A stretch of 64,000 bases of DNA, taken from positions 17,360,001 through 17,424,000 of the forward strand of contig JBHGNT010000005.1 in the NCBI GenBank assembly GCA_043228905.1. Reading direction: 5' to 3'. The position numbers were made by a program, and so were the translations under genes. Shown in pieces: positions 34,801-43,600 of the stretch. Below the pieces are notes generated by a model. It saw nothing but the letters and a program-made list of their open reading frames with translations, was not told where the DNA came from and did not search any database. The stretch comes from Azolla caroliniana (Eukaryota; Plantae; Polypodiophyta). How positions within the stretch are numbered: the first letter of the stretch is position 1; the number at the start of each line of letters is the position of its first letter.

Positions 34801-37583
34801 GTTGTCGATCGAGAATTTTCCGCCCTCTGGTAAGCCGATCATGGCGCGGATGACCTCTTCTGTGATGACCTCCGTATCGATCTCCTGCACGACTTTCTCT
34901 GCCTCGCCGTGCGGAGGTGCCTCAACGATTCTTAGGAACCCTTCCAACACGTTGTCGTGAAGATTTTTGTCCATAGGGGGAAAACCGAGCGGAGCGAGCA
35001 AAACCGGGGTGTGCAACGTTGCGCATGCACATGATGTATTTGTAGAATATTAATAAGAACAAATGCAAATTGGAAGAAATGCACCACAAGATTCCTAAAG
35101 TATAAATGTGATGTGCACTTATGTGCACATCCACATGAGAGAGAGAGAGGTGCATAGGAGTACGAGGTGAGTAAGGGGCATAGTAGTATGTGTGAGGAGT
35201 GGGAGTTAAGGCCCCAAGAATCTAAGCAAATATCCCCCTTTGAATGAAGGGGCTTTCTCTCCTTATGCTATAAAAGGAGAGGAAGGGGCACCATTGAAGG
35301 GGTTGCCTATTTTGAGTGAGAAGAGGTATACCACTTAGGCCGAGGGTTTCTATTCGGTTTAGGGTTTCTTCATTTCTTTCTTTACTTATCCGATTAGGGT
35401 TTACATTCTACTTAGGTTTTGAGTCCAGCCCACGCGGCCGCGGTTGTAAACGCATTGAGGCTTTCATGCCCATAATATACATAACTTCTTAAATTTTGTC
35501 TCTTTCTACTTTCTCTACCGTGTTAATCTCTTCCACTTAGCTCATACCCGTCTTCCCATCTACTCCCTAGTCCAAGACCCCCGTGGTCCCGCCTTATTCT
35601 ACACGCACGTGCGTAGTAACACGACATCTTTGGTGAACCCGACGTGAATAGGCGGCAAGGGAGAAACAGGATGAAGAGGAAGACATCATGGAAGCAATGG
35701 CGCAGATGGTGAGGGGTTTTGCAAGGCAAAAGAGAAAGATTGGACGAGGCATATGAGTATGATCGACGTGAGTTCGGTCTATGGGTAGCATCGGCAAAGG
35801 CTCCTCGGAGCGCAATGAAAGCATTCCAAGAGTTCGAGCATCGTTTTTCTTAACTCTCGGACCGGGATCGAAGATCGGTGGGGGCGGACAAGGTCCTACT
35901 ATTTTTAAAGTCGGTCGATGAAAAGGGGAGAATGGCCATTTTATCCGAACTCGAAGACGATGAAGGGGCGTACGGCCTCACCGAGGATTGGAACGAGGTA
36001 GAGAGGGTATGCGGACGACACAAGGGGATGCGGTCGTCCGCAACACGGCCCGCAAGCGGCGGCGAAAGGAGGATGGGGAGTGACTACACGTCACCACCGA
36101 CAGAGGGAAGCTCACCGCGGAATGGTTCAGTGGAGCTCGACATCGAAGCCTTGGTACGGGAAGCGTACGAGATCGTGAAGGCACAAATCGAAGCCGAAGA
36201 AGGGTCTACTATGGAGACGGGCCCGAGAGGATCGGAGGACGCGGAAGAAGACACCTCCCTACACACGAAAGACGAGGCCTATGCGGAGGCCGAAAGAGCA
36301 TACAACAGTGACATGGGAGAGGGTGCGGAGCGAGCCACCCTCTCGTTTTGCGAGAAAAGGACGGCCACGGATAAGGCCGGGAACTACGGAGCAATGGACA
36401 CCACTTCGAGAGTGGGCATAAGTTTCAGGACGCGATTGCCTAAAACATTCTATGAGGATTTAGCAAGCATAATCGAGGCTTGCGGAATTGAGGAAGAGAT
36501 AGCCACGGACCACGGCGTCCAAACGAAGGTGTCTACGAACATGACATCGGCGAGTGATGGTACCGGGACTTTTCCCACACCTATTCTAGAGACTTCGGCG
36601 GTCAGCCCCGAGAGCCCATGTGAGACCGGAGAGACGGAAGGTGGCAGTGGCAAAGCGGGTGACCGAAACGATGACAAGGAACATCATAACGGATAGAGGA
36701 GAGACCCCTCGACACCAAGACCGGAGACTACGACGGTTGCGCCCAAGTGTAGACATAAGGCCGGAGAGATGAGCGGTGGCCGTGAGGAGGCGTGGCCCGG
36801 AGTGGGCACATACGAAGAGGATGCGAGGCCCGGAATGGGCATATCCAAAGGTACCGAAGAAGAGGCTGGGAGCGGCAACGAGGAGAGAGTTGGGAACCGA
36901 CCCAACTGGAAGACGAACTGGTCAGTAATCCGACACAACCGAAAGACGACGCGGAAAAAGATTGGAGCGGGGGCCGGTCAACCGGGCCAAAACAGAAGAA
37001 GAGCCGGCAAGGCCGAAATTCTTTTGCCGAACCCTTACCGGCCGGTTACAATTACGGAAGGGAGCTGCAAGGAGACACGGCTCAAGACGAGCATACACGG
37101 AGGGAAGGATGTGGCCGACGAGAAGACTAAAGATGGAGCCGCGGTCGAGTTCGATGAAGAGTGTTATTCTCTTAGCCGGACAAGGCCTAACACAAGGTGT
37201 CACGGAGACACTTCACCAAAGGGTGATTACGGCATAGGATTAAGATTCAACGATTACACCGACTTACGTAGGTTACACGATTAGATTGCTTTGGTTAATT
37301 ACACGCGTAAGATATAACAGTGATTACAGAACGGAAATCAAGACAGAAGTATAAACAACATAATCTCTATTAATTATCCGCTGTCATTACAATGGGGTCC
37401 GGGCCTTTAAATAGGTTTCCGGCCCGTAATACAAAACGGTGCCTCTCGCACCTATTCGGGATCCGTCCGGATCTGGAACGGCATACCGTTTCCAGTCCGT
37501 CCGTCCACACTATGCTCATTTACAACCATATCTAATTAATTCCTTTACTCCGTATTTTGGACTCCTTGCCGGCCGGTAACACA

Positions 37584-37600
37584 TGGCACGCCCGTGGGAC
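37584..37600 (+). promoter_or_regulatory. inverted PBS-like site TGGCACGCCCGTGGGAC at the PPT position
   Basis: Lies 2 nt from the 3' LTR. An identical 17-mer occurs at 32434-32450. Confidence 0.7.
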
Positions 37601-37633
37601 AGTACCTTGTACGTCGAACCCTTCTCGGCCCCT

Positions 37634-40564
37634 TCATTGTTCACCCAAATTGTCCAAATTACTTTGTTCAAGAATTTCCTCTTGTTCTTCCGGTTGTGTT
37701 TGTTGCGGCTGTGCTTGCTGCTGCTGAGGTTGCTCCGGCTGCTCTGCTTGCTGCTGCTGCTCCGTTTGTTTCGCTGACTCCGGCTGCTCCGTTTGACTGC
37801 TTCCGGTCCGGTCTCCTTCCAGTAACGGTTCCTCATCACTGAGGTTGACCGTAACTGGTTCTCGTTCTTTCTCTCCCCGGATCCGGGACCTCTCGTAGCT
37901 TTCAAACTGGATCTGCGCCTCCAGCCTGTCGTCGTCCAGCTGAGCTACAAGTTGCCGGACTTGCTCTAATTGGTCTTCTGCCAAGGCTTGAAAGTCTTCG
38001 GCAAGCTCATCTCTTATGCCGGTGAAGTCTTCGGAAGTCAGCATATAGCAATCATCTCCCTCCTTCCGCCGGTTCTCTACGTCAGCCCGGAGCAATTGGA
38101 GTTCCGCCGCGTTCGTGGCCCACTTGGTCCACCATTTGACGGAACCGTTGTCAATCAAGCTCTTGGTCTGGTTCAACCAGGCCCGCATTATATCTTGGAT
38201 GCGACTTGCTCCCATTTGAGCTCTGCTTTCCACCACTTGTCGCTCCTCCTTCAACTGCTTGATGAGGTTTGCCGTATCCTCCGCCTGCTCTCTGTAGCGC
38301 GTCAGCTGCCCTTGATATGTCGTTTGTAGCCTCTGCAGTACCTCCGCCGCTCTTTCTTTTTCCGCCTGCTGCTGCCTGAGGAGCTCTGTCCGAACCTTCT
38401 CCGCCTCTTCCAACCGTCTTCTGTTTTCCGCTTGTTCCTTGGCGAATGCGGTTGCGGTCCGATCAACTGCTTGCCGGAGCTCATCCGTCCGTTCCTTGTG
38501 CTCCGTTTGCAACCGTTTATACTCCCGGTGCAATTGCTCAAATTCCTCCGTTTTTTGTTTGAGCTTGCCGTTGATCTGGCGCTGGTTCCGGTCCTCCCGG
38601 TCCTTTACCTGCCGGAGTTCCTCTTTCAGGCGCTCTACTTCTGTTTCGGCGTTCCTCCGGAGCTTGTCCTTCTCTTGCAGCATTTTCTCCTTTTCCTCCT
38701 TGAGCCGGTCGTACGCTTGGTGGCCTTTCCGTAAGCTCTCCTCGGCCCGGCGTAGATTCTCCGCAGTCTTTTTGAGTTCCGCCTCCGCTGCCGTCTTCAA
38801 TTCTCTTTCGCGGCTCCTCAGCGCTTCTTGGGCAGCAAGCTCATCCTTTAAATCCGCAAGCTCTTGGGCTTGTGCCGCATTTCTCTCCGGAACGGTTTCC
38901 GTTGCCGGGGTCTGATTGCTATGTACAGGTTGATCTGCCGCTTTATTCTGTACATTGCCCGGAGTCACCGGTGCTTGGACTTGTGTTTCCCTTGTGACCC
39001 TGTCCAAGTCTTGTTCAAGGCTCCGGATTCTGGACCGGGCCGTCTCTAGATCTACGGTTGTGACGAGCAACCGTTCCTGGTGCGTTCTCTCTTCCGCCTC
39101 TATATACTCGACCACTCCGGCGATTTGTTCGCCTACCCACCGTAGCCACATGCTACTGGTGCCCTGCTGCTGTACTGGTCGGGTCGGCTCATTCACCGTG
39201 GAATTGTCTGGCCTGATTGCCTGCATATGCCGTTCTGGTTCTACTCGTTGGCCGCCGTGTGCTCTGGCTGGGCTCGCCGGCTGTTGAGTTCCGGTTCTCG
39301 CCGTCTCCGGAGCCGTTGGACTGACTTCTTCTATAGAAGTCGACAAGACCGGTTCCCTACGCACCGGTTCCGGTTCTTCCCTTGTGGTTTGCTCAGGTTG
39401 AGTTGGGGGCGTTTCTGCCTCTCGCGGGTACGACCGCTCCCCTCCTGTCTCGGCGGTCCTACTTCTTGACCGTCGTTGGAGGTGCTCTTCTGGCTCCTCC
39501 GTTTCCTCTTCCTGTGTCACGGCATGTGTCTGTGCCGTCAAGGGTTCCGGTTCCTTCTGTCCTGGTCTCCGTAAGGTTATCTTGACGGGTCGGACCGGTG
39601 ACACCTCCTCCGGTTCTGGGGCCCGTTTCTTCCCTTTCGTCGCCTTCGACGCCAGCAGCTGCTGTCGTTTGGACGCCGGCTTAGAGGTGCTTCCTTCCGA
39701 TACTCTCGGCCGCTTCTTTGGCTGGACGGTCTCGACCGGCGGCACGAGCAATGTTATCCATTGAGCTACGGCGTGCCACAGCTTCCGGCCCTCCTTGCCG
39801 TCCTTCCCTCGTACCATGTCGATTGCCATGCACAACCCGTCTGCAATCAACACCGGCCAGTCCACCTTGACCCCTTCATAGGTGGCTATGATCAACCCTG
39901 CCCGATTTTTTGGCATGACAGGGGGTCGGGGGTACACGTGACCGTACTCATGGAGCACTCGAGCTATCTCCCTGAATAGCGGATCTTCGCCGCCCTGCGT
40001 CCGATAGCCTTTGCCGGCAACAGAGTACTCACCGAAATATCGGGTGAGTTGCTCCGAGGTTGGGTTATCGATCTGAAAGATTCCTCCCTCCGGGAGGCCT
40101 GTTAGCGCGCGGATCGCTTCCTCGGTGATGACCTCTGTGGCGAGCTCCTTGATGACCCGGTCGGCTTCTCTGTGCGGCGGTGCCTCCATGATGGCCAAGA
40201 ACCCCTCTAGTCCGTTTTGCCTGAACCATTTCCTGGCCGCTTCCGACAGTGTTTGTGGTTCCATGTCTGCTTCAAGGTCGAGGGAAGATGGCGAGGTAGA
40301 GTGGTGATGAGAGTGAGAGCGAGAGAGAGAGCGTTCTGAGCGCGGGGGTTCTCTGCGTGCAGGTTCGCGTTTGCTCAGCTTCCACTGTCTTGGTGCTTCT
40401 GTGCTTCTTGGCTCGCGAAATGAAAAGGTCTCCATGCGTTCTGCTTCTTCTTTGTGCGTTTTGGCGCCTTTTTCGAGCATGCACACGTCGTGTACCAAAT
40501 TAGTATTAAGTAGCGTGGCGTCTCTTAAATGCCCACTACGTACCTTTTCGCGCCTTGCCTTCAC
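37634..40564 (-). CDS. extra ORF2 downstream of pol: helical N-domain, low-complexity linker, long coiled coil (true start uncertain)
   Basis: 976-codon open frame, conserved in the degenerate sister copy. No obvious transmembrane segment. Confidence 0.8.
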   Translation of the reverse strand: MKARREKVRSGHLRDATLLNTNLVHDVCMLEKGAKTHKEEAERMETFSFREPRSTEAPRQWKLSKREPARREPPRSERSLSRSHSHHHSTSPSSLDLEADMEPQTLSEAARKWFRQNGLEGFLAIMEAPPHREADRVIKELATEVITEEAIRALTGLPEGGIFQIDNPTSEQLTRYFGEYSVAGKGYRTQGGEDPLFREIARVLHEYGHVYPRPPVMPKNRAGLIIATYEGVKVDWPVLIADGLCMAIDMVRGKDGKEGRKLWHAVAQWITLLVPPVETVQPKKRPRVSEGSTSKPASKRQQLLASKATKGKKRAPEPEEVSPVRPVKITLRRPGQKEPEPLTAQTHAVTQEEETEEPEEHLQRRSRSRTAETGGERSYPREAETPPTQPEQTTREEPEPVRREPVLSTSIEEVSPTAPETARTGTQQPASPARAHGGQRVEPERHMQAIRPDNSTVNEPTRPVQQQGTSSMWLRWVGEQIAGVVEYIEAEERTHQERLLVTTVDLETARSRIRSLEQDLDRVTRETQVQAPVTPGNVQNKAADQPVHSNQTPATETVPERNAAQAQELADLKDELAAQEALRSRERELKTAAEAELKKTAENLRRAEESLRKGHQAYDRLKEEKEKMLQEKDKLRRNAETEVERLKEELRQVKDREDRNQRQINGKLKQKTEEFEQLHREYKRLQTEHKERTDELRQAVDRTATAFAKEQAENRRRLEEAEKVRTELLRQQQAEKERAAEVLQRLQTTYQGQLTRYREQAEDTANLIKQLKEERQVVESRAQMGASRIQDIMRAWLNQTKSLIDNGSVKWWTKWATNAAELQLLRADVENRRKEGDDCYMLTSEDFTGIRDELAEDFQALAEDQLEQVRQLVAQLDDDRLEAQIQFESYERSRIRGEKEREPVTVNLSDEEPLLEGDRTGSSQTEQPESAKQTEQQQQAEQPEQPQQQQAQPQQTQPEEQEEILEQSNLDNLGEQ

Positions 40565-40605
40565 ACCCGTTCATACCTCGATTTTTAATGATTTTCTTTT
40601 CTTTT

Positions 40606-40658
<53 letters not shown>

Positions 40659-40672
40659 GACGGTGTGTGACC

Positions 40673-43600
40673 TTACACCTCCGTAGGTCCCTTCGGACCC
40701 TGACCGTTTTCCTTACGGGTTGCCGTGTCTTCCTTCGTCTTTACTACGGGTTCCCCGTCGTCTTTTCCTTCCGGATCGATCCGTACCGATCCCGGACAGG
40801 TTCCTGGTGTAGTGCCGGTAAGCTGCATAAACGGGTTCTTTGGCATCGGTCCTTGATAGGGCTTTAGTCGAAATCCATTCACCCACTTGCCTAGTACTTC
40901 CCCGGCAAGTGTCCCTATCTGATAGGACCCGTTGTATTCCCGTGTCAGCCAATACGGGCCTGTCCATCTGAACCGGAGTTTACCCGGCATCTTGCCCATC
41001 CTCGTTTGGAATACTAGCACCGGCTTTCCGATTTCGAACATCTTCTCATTACCTTTCCGGTGACGGTCAACGAACGCTTTCCGTCGTCGTTGCTCTAGTT
41101 CCATGTGTAGGATGCTGGCCAGCCGTTGCTCCTCCAGTTCGCATAGTGCTGCTAGCCGTATTTCCTCCGACTTCTTTTCATTCAGCCGTTCCCGTAGTTG
41201 GATCCGTAAGCTTGGTACCTGAAACTCGACCGGCATGACCGCTTCTAAGCCGAATGCTAACCGGAACGGCGTTGTCCGGATACTTGTTTTGTATGCCGTT
41301 CGGTACGCCCATAGCGCACTATGGAGCTTTGTGTCCCAGTCCGTCCGGTTTTCGTTGACGATTTTGCGTAGAATGTTCTGCAGCGTTTTGTTGGTGGACT
41401 CCGCTAACCCGTTCGCCTGTGGGTAGTACGGTGTGCTCCGTTTATGAACCACGGCATAGAACGTTGTTAAGCTTTCCACTACCTGGCCGAGGAAATGCCC
41501 TCCTTGGTCGCTGATCAGTTCAATCGGACATCCATATCGGCACCAAATGTTCTCGTACAGGAATTTTGCTGTGGATGACGCGGTGTTGTCTCTCAGGGCC
41601 TTAGCTTCCACCCATTTCGTGCAATAATCCGTTGCCACGATGACATAACGATTACCCGTTCTCATTGCCGGTGGTTTGAACGGTCCGACAAAATCCAATC
41701 CCCACTTCTGGAATGGCTCTAGTGGAAGTACCGGTTGGTGTGGCATCCGTGCTTGCTCCGTAGGCTGGCCCATTCGTTGGCATAGGTCACATTCCTTAGC
41801 ATACTTGACGGCATCTTTTAGCGTCGTGGGCCACCATAAGCCGCTCTGCCATACCTTTCTTGCCGTCGCTTCCCCGGCATAGTGTCCTCCGGCAACCCCA
41901 CAGTGTGCTTCCCGTAAGATTACTTCTTTCTCGTCACTACGGACTGCCCGTCTCCATATTCCATCTGCTCCTTTGTGGTAGAGAGTGTCCTGTAACAGAC
42001 AGAAATTGCGGCTCTGCACCGCCAGTCGTTTCCTCTCGTCCTGGTTCATTTCCTCCGGTGGCAGGCCCGTGCTTAGGAACTGGTGCATGTTTGTCAGCCA
42101 TTTATCTTCTGATGCCACCGTGTCGTCCGCTGCCGTTTCCGGGGTGATGCGGAATAACTCCGCGTCCGGGAATTCATCCGCTACTCCGTCGCCTGGTTCT
42201 CCGAACTCTAACCGGCTCAGGTAGTCTGCTACGGCATGCTGGATACCGGGCCGGTGGAAAATCTCGAATTCGAACTCCTGCAACAGCAAGGTCCAACGGG
42301 CCAACTTACCGGTCAGGGACGCCTTGGAAACTAAGTAGAGGAGCGCCGAGTGATCCACATGGAAGGAGAACTTCCTTCCCAATAGGTAGTGACGAAACTT
42401 TGTTACACTGTAGACCATGCCCAGGGCCTCCCGTTCCGTCGTTGAATAGTTCTTCTCCGCTTGGGATAGTTTCCTGCTGGCGTAATACACCGGCCGGTAC
42501 CATTTAGGCTCCGTAAGTTGCATTAAGGCGCTGCCAATAGCGATGTCGGATGCGTCCACGAACACGTGAAATTCCTTGCTCCAATCCGGAGGCTGCACGA
42601 CGGGTGCTTGCGATAAAAGTACCTTCAGGGCATTGTATGCCTTATCCTCCGTATCCGTCCATTGAAACGGTGTCCGATGTACCGCGGTGTGTAATGGTGT
42701 CGCCAAGTCCGCCAAGTGACGGAGCATCCGGCTGTGCCACCGGATTTGTCCTAAGAATCGGCTTAGTGCTTTGGCCGTTTTCGGCGCCGGTGCCCCTAGT
42801 ATGGCGTTTACTTTGTCCGGGTCGACCGCAATGCCCTCCTTACTTACGATGTGTCCCAGCAATATTCCACTTGAAACCCCAAAGATGCATTTTGCTGGGT
42901 TTAAGCTTAGCCGGTATAACCTGCACTTTTCAAGGCATAACCGTAGGTGCTGCAAATGGTCTTTTCCCCGACTATAGACTGCAAAATCATCCAGGAAAAC
43001 TTGCATGAAGGCAGGGATGTATTCGCCGAAGATTTCCATGATGATTCGCTGGAAAGTTGCTGGTGCCGTTTTTAGGCCGAACATCATGACTTCGGCCACA
43101 AACACCCCCCATTCGGTGACGAACGCTGTCTTCTCCTGGTCGTCGGGGTGCATCCGGATTTGATTGTATCCGCTGAACCCGTCTAGAAAGCTATAAACTT
43201 CATGACCGGCGACGGCATCCAGTACTCCATCCGTGAACGGAAGAGGGAATGCATCCGTAATTGTGGCGGCATTTAGTTTCCTGTAATCAACACACACACG
43301 GATTTTACCGTTCTTCTTGGGGACGACGACGATGGGGCTCAGCCACGTCGCTTTCTTTACCGGCCGGATGAAGCCCACTCTTAGAAGTTTGTCGATTTCC
43401 TCCTTCACTTTGGCGGCGTAGTTGGGGTTCATTCGGTATCGTCTTTGCGCCACTGGTTTCGCGTCCTTGCCTAAGTGGATTTGATGCTGATATAATTGAG
43501 GGTCCAGCCCTCGCATGTCTTCGTATGACCAGGCGAATACGTCGCGAAACTCCGTGAGAAGTTTGATCATCGCCGCTTTATCTTCCGGCTTCATTTCTTT

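Noticed and set aside
37634-40564. env gene
   Set aside because: No signal peptide or transmembrane helix is apparent.
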